Source: an uncultured Acidobacteriota bacterium (lineage in GTDB: Bacteria > Acidobacteriota > UBA6911). Taken from it: a stretch of DNA of 64,000 nucleotides. The stretch is from positions 365,824-429,823 of the forward strand of contig CAWHCF010000049.1 in NCBI GenBank assembly GCA_963827655.1, written 5' to 3'. Shown piece after piece: positions 50,091-58,796 of the stretch (position 1 is the first letter of the stretch; the number at the start of each line of letters is the position of its first letter). The notes beneath the pieces are model-generated. The model worked only from the letters and a program-made list of their open reading frames with translations. It searched no databases and had not been told where the DNA came from. The translations under genes and the position numbers were made by a program.

Positions 50091-52988
50091 ATGAGTGAAA
50101 ACGGCGTTCGACTTCCCGCGGCGCCCTCGCGACAGGTCGATTATTCCCGGAGAGTGACCTTCTATTTCGAGGGTCAGCCGCTCGAAGCCTTTACCGGAGA
50201 AACGGTGGCCATGGCGCTGTTTGCCGCCGGACGCCGGATTTTCAGCCGCAGTTTCAAATATCACCGGCCCCGAGGCCTGCTCTGTTGTTCGGGAGATTGT
50301 CCCAACTGCCTTATGCACGTTGCCGGGCGCCCCAACCAGCGCGCCTGCCGCGTTCCCGTCCGTGAAGGTCTGCAGGTTTCGGCCCAGCATGCGTGGCCGT
50401 CGCTCGATCGCGATCTCCTTCACGGCATCGAGCTCTTCAGCCGGCTGATGCCTGTGGGTTTCTACTACAAGACGCTCTACCGGCCGAGGTTTCTCTGGAA
50501 GCTGGCTGAGCCGGTCATTCGTCATCTGGCCGGTTTGGGGCAGATAGATATCAACGATCAGGGCCACGGCGAGTACGAACATAGCCATGAGTTCACGGAT
50601 GTGACCGTTGTAGGCGGCGGACCGGCCGGCATCCAGGCGGCTCTCCGCGCGGCGAAGGCAGGCGTTTCCGTGACTCTGGTCGACGGCGAAGCCCGGCTCG
50701 GGGGACACCTCTGCTACCAAACGCTGCCCTGTGATCCTGGTGGTATGCCAGGCTATGAGGCGGCCGGCGAGATGGCGGCTGCCGTGCGGGAGCAATCCAA
50801 CATTCGTGTTATGGAATCTTCCTCCGCCGTTGGAGCCTACGAAGGTGGTCTGATTCCGATCCTTCAGGAGAACACCCTGGTTCACTTAAGGACCAGGTGC
50901 CTGATTGCCGCCACGGGTTGCCACGAATATCCGCTGGTTTTTCGCAACAACGATGTGCCGGGTGTGATGTTGGGCCGCGCCGCTCTACGGATGATAAACA
51001 TCTTTGGAATCCGGCCTGGCCGCCGCGCCGTCGTTGTGACAGCCAACGATCATGGCTATGCAGTGGCGCTGGAGTGCGCGCGCAGCGGAATTGAGATTGC
51101 GGAAGTCGTCGATGCGCGCCACCAAGTCTCAAATTCTCATGAAGCATCCCGGTTGCGGCAGCAAGGGATTTCCGTCAGCCAGGGACACACTGTACGCGAG
51201 GTTATCGGAAAACGCGCGGTCCGCGCGGCACGCCTGGGTCGTGTCGATGCCGACGGACGGCACATAGCCGGCGGCAGCAGGGAGATCCGCTGTGATCTGG
51301 TGCTTGTTTCGGCCGGCTGGCAGCCGGCCGCGTCTCTCCTGTATCAAGCCGGCTGCCGTATGGAATTCGATCCTTTGCTGGGTCAGGCTGTGCCGCGCAA
51401 GCTTGCGCCCGGAGTGTTTGCAGCGGGCGAGGTGATAGGGCTTCGCGATCTGGCAGACATCCTTCTGTCGGGAGAAAAGGCTGCCGAGGCTGCCATCGCG
51501 TTCTTGAACGGGGATGTTGCGGTCAGCGGAAGGGACGACGTGGAAGAGTCGCTCGATCGCCTTCGCCGCGCCTCTCCGGCATTTTCCATCGACAGCAGCA
51601 CGGGCCAGGAGCGGAACTTTGTTTGCTGGTGCGAGGATGTGGTCGAGAAGGACCTGAAGCAGGCCGTCGTTGAGGGCTACGATGAAATAGAGACGCTCAA
51701 GCGCTACACCACGGTGTCCATGGGACCGTGCCAGGGTCGCATGTGCGCCCGCGCTGCAGCCGAGATCTGCGCGCGCGCAACCGGTAAAGAGCTGCGCACC
51801 ATTGGTACTACTACGTCACGACCGCCGCTCGTTCCTGTCCCGCTGGGAGCCCTGGCTGGACAGGAGCTCCATCCGGTGAAGCTCGGCAGCATCCATTACA
51901 AACATGCGGCTCTCACCCACCGGATGATGAACATGGGGGTGTGGCAACGACCCGGCGTTTACTCTTCTGTTCAGGAAGAGTACGACGCCGTGCGTAACCA
52001 TGCGGGTTTGATCGACGTGAGCACTCTTGGGAAGCTTGTCGTAAAGGGCCGAGACGCGGCAAGTCTTCTCGACAAGGTCTACACCCATTGGTTTTCGACG
52101 CTTAAGTCGGGGCGCGTCCGTTACGGAGTTATTTGTGACGAGAGCGGCACTATTCTTGACGATGGCACTGTGTCGCGCCTGGCGGAGGACCATTACTACA
52201 TCACAACCTCCACCGGCAATGTCGATTTCGTCGAGCAGTGGCTCAAGTGGTGGGCGGCCGGCACCGGATGGTGTGTGCATGTTGTCAACGTGACGGCCGC
52301 TTACGCCGCGCTGAATCTTGCCGGACCGAAGGCCAGGGAAGTCCTCGCCACATTGACCGACATGGATTTGTCGCCGGCGGCATTTCCCTACATGGCCTGC
52401 GTGGAAGGCAGAGTCGCCGGCGTCCCGGCTCTGTTGTTGCGCATCGGCTTCGTCGGAGAAACCGGCTGGGAAATACACTTTCCGGCCGAGTGCGGCGAGT
52501 ATCTTTGGGATCGTCTCCTGGAGTCGGGACGCCAATCCGGCTGCCGGCCATTCGGCGTTGAAACCCAGCGATTGCTCCGGTTGGAGAAGAAGCATGTGAT
52601 CGTAGGCCAGGATACGGATGCGCTTTCCAACCCCTACGAGGCGGACATGTCCTGGATCGTCAGACTCGACAAGGAAGACTTTGTCGGGCGGCACGCGCTG
52701 GCAAATCTTCAGAGACGAGAGATAAGAAACCGCCTCGTCGGCTTCCGAATGTCGGATGGTGGTTGCCCTCAGGATGGCAATGCCGTTGTGATTGCAGGAA
52801 AGCTGGCCGGGCGAGTAACCAGCGCCCGTTTCAGCCCGGCGTGGAATGAGTATGTAGGGATGGCCTGGGTTCCCGCGGAGTTCGCCAAAGAGGGAACGCG
52901 GATTGAAGTCCACGTGGATGGCAGGCTGGGATCTGCGACGATCGTCGAAAAACCCTTCTATGATCCTGATGGGTTACGGTTGAAATGA
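50091..52988 (+). CDS. soxA: Sarcosine oxidase alpha subunit (2Fe-2S/FAD/NAD-binding + GcvT-like folate-binding domain)
   Basis: 965 aa. Cys cluster CCSGDCPNCLMHV; Rossmann VTVVGGGPAGIQAALRAAKAGVSVTLVD; C-terminal aminomethyltransferase-like region. Confidence 0.9.
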   Translation: MSENGVRLPAAPSRQVDYSRRVTFYFEGQPLEAFTGETVAMALFAAGRRIFSRSFKYHRPRGLLCCSGDCPNCLMHVAGRPNQRACRVPVREGLQVSAQHAWPSLDRDLLHGIELFSRLMPVGFYYKTLYRPRFLWKLAEPVIRHLAGLGQIDINDQGHGEYEHSHEFTDVTVVGGGPAGIQAALRAAKAGVSVTLVDGEARLGGHLCYQTLPCDPGGMPGYEAAGEMAAAVREQSNIRVMESSSAVGAYEGGLIPILQENTLVHLRTRCLIAATGCHEYPLVFRNNDVPGVMLGRAALRMINIFGIRPGRRAVVVTANDHGYAVALECARSGIEIAEVVDARHQVSNSHEASRLRQQGISVSQGHTVREVIGKRAVRAARLGRVDADGRHIAGGSREIRCDLVLVSAGWQPAASLLYQAGCRMEFDPLLGQAVPRKLAPGVFAAGEVIGLRDLADILLSGEKAAEAAIAFLNGDVAVSGRDDVEESLDRLRRASPAFSIDSSTGQERNFVCWCEDVVEKDLKQAVVEGYDEIETLKRYTTVSMGPCQGRMCARAAAEICARATGKELRTIGTTTSRPPLVPVPLGALAGQELHPVKLGSIHYKHAALTHRMMNMGVWQRPGVYSSVQEEYDAVRNHAGLIDVSTLGKLVVKGRDAASLLDKVYTHWFSTLKSGRVRYGVICDESGTILDDGTVSRLAEDHYYITTSTGNVDFVEQWLKWWAAGTGWCVHVVNVTAAYAALNLAGPKAREVLATLTDMDLSPAAFPYMACVEGRVAGVPALLLRIGFVGETGWEIHFPAECGEYLWDRLLESGRQSGCRPFGVETQRLLRLEKKHVIVGQDTDALSNPYEADMSWIVRLDKEDFVGRHALANLQRREIRNRLVGFRMSDGGCPQDGNAVVIAGKLAGRVTSARFSPAWNEYVGMAWVPAEFAKEGTRIEVHVDGRLGSATIVEKPFYDPDGLRLK

Positions 52989-53710
52989 ATGACATCTACA
53001 AGCTGACCCCTATCCATCACTGGCATCAGCAACATGGTGCCCGTTTCGTGCTGGAGGCAGGGTGGAAGCGGGTCGAAAGCTACGGCAACCCGGAACAGGA
53101 GGTGTCGCAGGTTTCCACGGCGGCCGGCATCTGCGACGCCACCCCGCTGACCAAAATCGATCTTCAAGGTAAGGATGCAGCCGCTTTCCTGGCCAGGCAG
53201 CTGCCTGGAGCCGCCATCCCCGCGTTGGGATTTCACAACCGCGTCCGCCTCTCCGGCGATGAGAAAGGCGGTGAACTTCAAGTTGCCCGCTTGAAGACCG
53301 AGCGTTTGCTGGTCTTTGGCCCTCCTGATGCACGGGATGTTTTAGTTCCACGCTTCGCCGAGCGCGCTACTAGCCTGGAATGCTCGCACGTCACCGACTT
53401 GACCTCGGCCTTTGCTGCGATGCGTCTGGTCGGTCCTTCAAGCGCCGCCGTGCTGAAGAAAATCTGCCCGCTTGATTTGGATCGACTGGCCTCTGGGCGG
53501 TGTGCCCAGGCGCCGGTTGCGCGAGTGGGGGCGGTGGTGCTGCGGGATGACCTCATGGGATGGATGGGCTACCTGATCCTGGTTTCCAGGGACTATGGCG
53601 AATATGTCTGGAAAAGCATGCTGTCCGCCGGGGAAGGGCTTCATATGGGTTATTTCGGTTTGACGGCGGAAAAGAGAGTGAAAAGTAAAAAAGTAAAAAG
53701 TGCTGAGTAG
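52985..53710 (+). CDS. soxG: Sarcosine oxidase gamma subunit (GcvT-like)
   Basis: 241 aa; ATGA overlap with soxA (translational coupling); MNDIYKLTPIHHWHQQHGARF… resembles SoxG/aminomethyltransferase N-terminus. Confidence 0.8.
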   Translation: MNDIYKLTPIHHWHQQHGARFVLEAGWKRVESYGNPEQEVSQVSTAAGICDATPLTKIDLQGKDAAAFLARQLPGAAIPALGFHNRVRLSGDEKGGELQVARLKTERLLVFGPPDARDVLVPRFAERATSLECSHVTDLTSAFAAMRLVGPSSAAVLKKICPLDLDRLASGRCAQAPVARVGAVVLRDDLMGWMGYLILVSRDYGEYVWKSMLSAGEGLHMGYFGLTAEKRVKSKKVKSAE

Positions 53711-53842
53711 AAAGTGCTGAGGGGAAAGTAGGGAGGAAGCGATGGCGGAGAGAAAAAGAGTCGAACGGTTTGAGGATTTGATTGCGTGGCAGAAGGCGCG
53801 CGTTGAGGCTCTCTGCCCTCAAGCGGAGGAGGTGAACATCGG

Positions 53843-53875
53843 TCGCTTAGCGTTTCTTTGTGTCTTTGTGTCTTG
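53843..53875. repeat. REP-like extragenic repeat (cgcttagcgtttctttgtgtctttgtgtcttgg)
   Basis: Between soxG and soxB; same family as 10682-10740. Confidence 0.55.
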
Positions 53876-53901
53876 GAGGTTGTTTTTTCCGCCGAGCACT
53901 T

Positions 53902-55101
53902 ATGAATAGCGAACCCATGTGGCGCAAGGCACCGCTGCGAGATCGATATGATGTGGTTATCGTCGGCGCCGGAGTGCATGGCCTGGCCATCGCATACTAT
54001 CTCTGCAAACGCGGAATCAGAAATATCGCGGTCCTGGAGCGAGGGTACCTTGGCATCGGCAACAGCGGGCGAAACACGGCCATCCTGCGCTCGAACTACA
54101 GGACCCCGGAAGCTATTCCTTTCTACAACGAAAGTATCAAACGGTGGGAGGGCCTCTCGGCGGAACTGGAATTCAACCTGCTGTTTTCTCAGCAGGGCCA
54201 CCTCACCCTCGCGCACACCGATTCGGCCCTGAACGGGCTCCGGGTGCGCGCCGACGCCAACCGGCTGCTTGGGGTCGACAGCTACCTCGTCGGTCCGCAG
54301 GAGATCAAGAGACTGGTACCGGCCATCGATATCAGTTCCCATGTGCGCTATCCCATTGAGGGCGGTCTGTATCATCCTCCGGGAGGAATCATCCGTCACG
54401 ATGCGGTGGTGTGGGCTTACGCTCGGGCCGCCAGCCGGATGGGAGCCGAAATCCACACCCATACCGAGGTCGTGGGAATCGGAAGAGGCAACAATCAAAT
54501 CGAATCGGTTAAAACCAGTCGGGGGGACATCAACACGGGGGTCGTTGTCAATGCCACGTCGGGCTGGTGCACGACCGTGGCCCGGATGGCGGGCGTTTCC
54601 TTGCCGGTGACGTCGCACCCGCTGCAAGCCTGCGTCACGGAGACTCTCAACCCTTTTTTGAGCAAAGTGGTGGTTTCGGCAAACCTGCACGTTTACGTGA
54701 ATCAGACCGATCGAGGCGAGGTGGTCCTTGGCTCTGAAATTGATCCCTATGCTTCTTACAGCCAGCGTTCCACGCTTCCAACCCTGGAGATGATTGCTGC
54801 CCATACCCTGGATTTGTTTCCCTGTCTGCGTCACGTGTGCGTGATGCGCCAGTGGACCGGCGTGTGCGACATGACTCCGGATTTCAGCCCTATCATCGGG
54901 GAGGCGCCCGGCGTGAAAGGATTCATCCTGGATGTGGGCTGGGGGACTTACGGTTTCAAAAGCGGCCCGGTCGCCGGATATCGGGTCGCCGAGTTGATTG
55001 ACACGGGGAAAACTCCCGACCTGATACGTCCGTTCGCGCTCTCCAGGTTCAGCGAAGATCGACTGGTAGGCGAGAAAGCCGCGGCCGCGGTTTCTTCATG
55101 A
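53902..55101 (+). CDS. soxB: Sarcosine oxidase beta subunit (FAD-dependent oxidoreductase)
   Basis: Start at MNSEPMWRK; dinucleotide fold YDVVIVGAGVHGLAIAYYL; …SGRNTAILRSNY… typical SoxB. Confidence 0.9.
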   Translation: MNSEPMWRKAPLRDRYDVVIVGAGVHGLAIAYYLCKRGIRNIAVLERGYLGIGNSGRNTAILRSNYRTPEAIPFYNESIKRWEGLSAELEFNLLFSQQGHLTLAHTDSALNGLRVRADANRLLGVDSYLVGPQEIKRLVPAIDISSHVRYPIEGGLYHPPGGIIRHDAVVWAYARAASRMGAEIHTHTEVVGIGRGNNQIESVKTSRGDINTGVVVNATSGWCTTVARMAGVSLPVTSHPLQACVTETLNPFLSKVVVSANLHVYVNQTDRGEVVLGSEIDPYASYSQRSTLPTLEMIAAHTLDLFPCLRHVCVMRQWTGVCDMTPDFSPIIGEAPGVKGFILDVGWGTYGFKSGPVAGYRVAELIDTGKTPDLIRPFALSRFSEDRLVGEKAAAAVSS

Positions 55102-55368
55102 CAAGAAAAATGGATCGGCGAGTCCTCGACGCCGCAGGTTCTCACCGGCGCAGCTCATTCTGTCGCCGAGGAAATGTCGGTAACAATGGTGCCCCCCTGG
55201 TTCGGAGCTTCCGTCATCAATCGTGGTGAAGACCAATCCGGATTTTTTTGGTCGTCGCCGATTGTCCGAATCTGTCCGTCTGAAGCTCCCGCAACGGAGA
55301 GTGCGGCTATTTTTCGATCATTGAACCGGCAAAAGTGGGCTGCTCTTTCGAGCCAGCGATCAAGATTT

Positions 55369-55944
55369 TCATGAGTTCTTAGACCCAGCCTCTCCACCGT
55401 CTTCAGGCGGATAATAATAATGAGGCACTGGGTCTAAACGCCGGAACAGGACCACGCCTCCCTCGAATGGCTCAGCGCGGAGCACGTCCTGCCGGTGGCG
55501 GGCCGCCTCGAGACCAGGCACGTCGTCCGCCACCAGCGTGATTCCGAACAAGGTATCGGCTTGGTACTCCTCGGGATCAATATCGGCTTCGGCCTCCTCA
55601 TCGAAGAACACGTACTGCAGGTGGAGGCGCCGCAGGAGTTCTTCTCCGATGTGAATCAAGGTGCGCGTCAGTTCTTTCCGCCCATGCCGGTTCCCCACCG
55701 CCTCGAACAGTTCTTCGTCAATGTCCAGCGTAGAAGCGACCCATCCGTCCCGCTGGTAGGATCGGCAGGTCATCGGCAGGCCCTCCCCGACGAAGGAAAG
55801 AATCCACTGCCTCACTCGCATCCCATCCATCGAAACGCCGGCGTCGCCGGGATTCAGCCCGGCGTGTTCCAGAGCCTGATCCAAAGTGGCGGCATCCTCG
55901 AGCGATCCCGGCCAACCAAAGGCTAAGCTGACAAAGGCACCCAT
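55369..55944 (-). CDS. Acidic small protein immediately downstream of the toxin-like gene (putative immunity protein)
   Basis: 191 aa. SD ggtgagg 6 nt upstream of ATG. Start lies 3 nt after the stop of the upstream gene. Acidic stretch FFDEEAEADIDPEEYQ. Confidence 0.45.
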   Translation of the reverse strand: MGAFVSLAFGWPGSLEDAATLDQALEHAGLNPGDAGVSMDGMRVRQWILSFVGEGLPMTCRSYQRDGWVASTLDIDEELFEAVGNRHGRKELTRTLIHIGEELLRRLHLQYVFFDEEAEADIDPEEYQADTLFGITLVADDVPGLEAARHRQDVLRAEPFEGGVVLFRRLDPVPHYYYPPEDGGEAGSKNS

Positions 55945-55947
55945 CGG

Positions 55948-56928
55948 CTACCTCACCCGGAAGTTCGAAGCGCCTGACGGTGGCGCAGTCAGTTTGACGC
56001 CGGCCAGTTTGTTGGCCGCATTGGTCCAGCCGCTAATGAAATTCCCCGAAAGATCGGTGACCACGATCTGATTCCCCTTAAAGGCATGCACGGCCCATGG
56101 AGAATTGTGATACGGACCGAGATAGACTTCATCGGCTTTGGCGACCACTTCGTCCACGGCGTTCTTAAACTGGGCATGGGCTGCCTTATCCGTCGCCTTC
56201 CACGACGTCGCGACACCGAAGTCGGCAGCATGTTTCCACTTCTTCTGGAGGCTCGACGCGGACATCGTCGTGGCCGTGAGCGCAGCGGCCTTGTCGAGAT
56301 CGGCCTTGCCAACCTTTTGAAGCGCTTCGCCCCCATATTTGATCATCGCATCGGCGCCGTCCTGCGTGACGAGCTTGACGAAGTCATCCACGCCGACCTT
56401 GGCGATCGTGTCCTTGAGGGTCAGCCCGTGGAACGTCGTCGCGTCCATACTCTTGAACAGGCGCTCGGTGACGCTGGCGCCTAGCTCTTTGGTCAGTTTC
56501 TCGACGACGTTCTGGCCCAATTCCTTGAGTAACTTGCCCGCGGCTTCCGCGCCAAACTTGTCTACAAGACCCTTGAGACCCGCCGCCGTCATGTCGGCGG
56601 TGAGATCGCCCACCGCTTTGGCTCCCATCTCCCGCGTCAGCGCCTGAACCGCGTCCACGCCAAGCGTGTCCACAAGCTCCTTCAACCCCTTAGCTCCGAG
56701 GCGGTCGGTAAGTTCCTTGACGGCGTTCACTCCGAGCTTCTCTACGACGGTTTTGAGCGTCGCCGAGCCAAGCGTCTCGGCGAGTTGTTTCACGCCCTGG
56801 GTGCCGAGGTTATCTACGACTTGTTTCAAAGTTCGTGGGCTGAGCTCCTCGGCTAGTTCGGCTGTCAGCTTAGGGCCGAGTTCCTTCGCCAGCTTCTCGA
56901 AGCCTTCCTTGCCGAACTCTTTGATCAT
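55948..56928 (-). CDS. Helical-repeat protein (LGxxAVKxLxxxLG ~12-aa repeats) with distinct C-terminal ~110-aa toxin-like domain
   Basis: 326 aa. ~14 tandem repeats, then …KKWKHAADFGVATSWKATDKAAHAQFKNAVDEVVAKADEVYLGPYHNSPWAVHAFKGNQIVVTDLSGNFISGW… ATGA overlap with the upstream 85-aa ORF. The upstream frame also reads sensibly (…VTREMIKEFGK), so this may be one fused protein. Confidence 0.5.
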   Translation of the reverse strand: MIKEFGKEGFEKLAKELGPKLTAELAEELSPRTLKQVVDNLGTQGVKQLAETLGSATLKTVVEKLGVNAVKELTDRLGAKGLKELVDTLGVDAVQALTREMGAKAVGDLTADMTAAGLKGLVDKFGAEAAGKLLKELGQNVVEKLTKELGASVTERLFKSMDATTFHGLTLKDTIAKVGVDDFVKLVTQDGADAMIKYGGEALQKVGKADLDKAAALTATTMSASSLQKKWKHAADFGVATSWKATDKAAHAQFKNAVDEVVAKADEVYLGPYHNSPWAVHAFKGNQIVVTDLSGNFISGWTNAANKLAGVKLTAPPSGASNFRVR

Positions 56929-57182
56929 CTCGCGGGTAACCGTTTGCCGCTCAGGCGTATCGTGACCTCCAACGCGGCGATCTTACCCGCGACCTTGCTA
57001 CGCACCAGCTTGCTCAGCCACTTCACGCCCTTACCAATCCCCTTGGCGCCCTTGGCCACATATTTCAGAAGGTTGCCCAGCCCTGGGATCGCGAAAATGC
57101 CGGAGATGATCCGGCCGACGATGCCGACTTTCTCCCCCGTAACGGGATTGACGCCGGTCACAGCAATGATGGCATCCTTCAC
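56925..57182 (-). CDS. Pre-toxin TG (PT-TG)-like segment
   Basis: …FAPGVSNVKDAIIAVTGVNPVTGEKVGIVGRIISGIFAIPGLGNLLKYVAKGAKGIGKGVKWLSK matches the PT-TG pattern (TGxDPxTGE + Gly/Lys-rich tail). Frame is sensible upstream of the GTG, back to ~57215 (DFAPGVSN). Confidence 0.45.
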   Translation of the reverse strand: MKDAIIAVTGVNPVTGEKVGIVGRIISGIFAIPGLGNLLKYVAKGAKGIGKGVKWLSKLVRSKVAGKIAALEVTIRLSGKRLPAR

Positions 57183-58068
57183 ATTGCTTACTCCCGGGGC
57201 GAAATCGGTCCCAGATCGGCGATGATTTCTCCGACATCGGTTTTATCCTCCTTCTCTCAGGTTTCTGCTCTCGCTCCTCTTCGGAAAGAGGCGGCGCCGA
57301 AGACAGCGGGGCGGGAAACATGTAGGGTTGTCCGGCGTTCTTGTCGGACCGGGGCGAGAAGACGTAAACGTCATAATCGAAGGGTTGCTTCAGCCAGAGC
57401 TTGGAGTCAGGCTCGCGCTCAGGGTGGTACCCGACGCGTTCCGCGAACGCGCGCGCGACAATCCCTTTGGTGGGGTGCCGAAAGGCCGTGTAGGATGGGC
57501 GAATCGTGCCGCCCTTCACGTACTTGCGATAGACGAAACTCGCCGTGGTTTCCGCTAAGAGATCGCGATCAATCCCGGCGTTCTCGGCGATGATGGCGCG
57601 AACGAGCAGTGCGCCGGGCTTTGTGCTGTAGAACGTAGATCCAGCCCGGTGCCAGCGATATCCAGGGAAGCTCTCCTCATCGATGGGGTCGGTTGCTTCG
57701 GTGGGAGATTTGTCATCAGGATGACGTTGAAGCGTGGGCGACGCCGTAGCTCCTATCTGGAGGCCTGCGTTGGCGGGCGCCTGGAGTAAACGCTGCATGT
57801 AGCGGTTGCCGTAATGCTGCTGCAGCCGCTCGGCCAGTGCGTGCTGCACTGGACGGCTGGCCGGGCTACCGCGTTGCCGGCCAGTGAGGAGGGAGCGGTG
57901 GCGTTCGACGGGCGGATTCGTCAGTCTTCCGCCGCCGTTCGTCTGCGTCGAAGCCGCATCGGCCACGCGCTGTGCCGGTGTCAACTGCGGTTGTGGTGCG
58001 AGCTCCGGTTCGGTGGAGTGCTTAAGCTCTTCGGTTTTCTTACTCGTGGATTCTCTGCTCGCCGTCAT
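57031..58068 (-). CDS. N-terminal region of a polymorphic-toxin-like protein with DUF4157-type leader (…ALAERLQQHYGNRYMQRLL…LQRHPDD)
   Basis: 345-aa ORF. Protein-like to ~57215, then Arg/Cys-rich nonsense (…CEGCHHCCDRRQSR…) while the PT-TG frame becomes sensible. This implies a frameshift near 57205-57215 and a single large protein 58068->55948. Confidence 0.5.
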   Translation of the reverse strand: MTASRESTSKKTEELKHSTEPELAPQPQLTPAQRVADAASTQTNGGGRLTNPPVERHRSLLTGRQRGSPASRPVQHALAERLQQHYGNRYMQRLLQAPANAGLQIGATASPTLQRHPDDKSPTEATDPIDEESFPGYRWHRAGSTFYSTKPGALLVRAIIAENAGIDRDLLAETTASFVYRKYVKGGTIRPSYTAFRHPTKGIVARAFAERVGYHPEREPDSKLWLKQPFDYDVYVFSPRSDKNAGQPYMFPAPLSSAPPLSEEEREQKPERRRIKPMSEKSSPIWDRFRPGSKQCEGCHHCCDRRQSRYGGESRHRRPDHLRHFRDPRAGQPSEICGQGRQGDW

Positions 58069-58423
58069 TGAGCGGATAGGTAGGGCAAGGAGCCTTTTTC
58101 GGGGGTAGTTCTGCGGCGGCTTTCCTCAACGGTTTCTGAGTTCAGCTAACTTCCGGCAGTTCCTGCACCGTTGCCAATCGGGCCGGAAGGGCTATCTTAC
58201 CTCGATCGATGCCGACAACGGTGGAGTTTTCGCACACTCCGTCTTCCGGCGCGAGCTGCGGGCGCTACTCGAGGAGCAGCGAGCGAACCAGCGTGGTCCG
58301 AGGTCCGAGGGATCGGCCCTCCGAATGTACAGGACCTTCGGCACGTATACGACCTTCAGCGCTCATGGTTGTGAGCCCCAATTTTCCCGGCCTCAGTCCG
58401 GGTATAGCGAAGCAACGCCTGGG

Positions 58424-58470
58424 GCGGTAGCAAGCTTGCGCCTTGTGCCGCGGGCACCTTGCTGCCGCGA
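58424..58470. repeat. GCAAGCTTGC-type palindromic repeat (gcggtagcaagcttgcgccttgtgccgcgggcaccttgctgccgcg)
   Basis: Matches 23096-23120 and 24850-24905; preceded by hairpin cccggcctcagtccggg. Confidence 0.5.
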
Positions 58471-58796
58471 AATGACCAATCTCCAGGCGCGGGTCTGATC
58501 GGCGCCACACAAGCCAAAACGCTCCGGTCAATCGAGAACTGTTCACTGAATTGTTCACACTTCTCACAGACGGGCTAGTACGGTTGGCCCTTGTGGCTTT
58601 CCCCGTCTTCGTTCTCGGCCAGCGAGCACTGTCTGAATCTCAGGACTGTATTTGGTGGAGATAGATTTTCCTTTCGGGAATAATGCAAATCAGCCGCTTC
58701 CCGTGGGATCACCCGAACGAGGAATCACTGTCCCGACGGATCGCGCGGCGAAAATCTTGTTGATACTGGATGAATCAAAGGGAGGTGGCCGTACCC

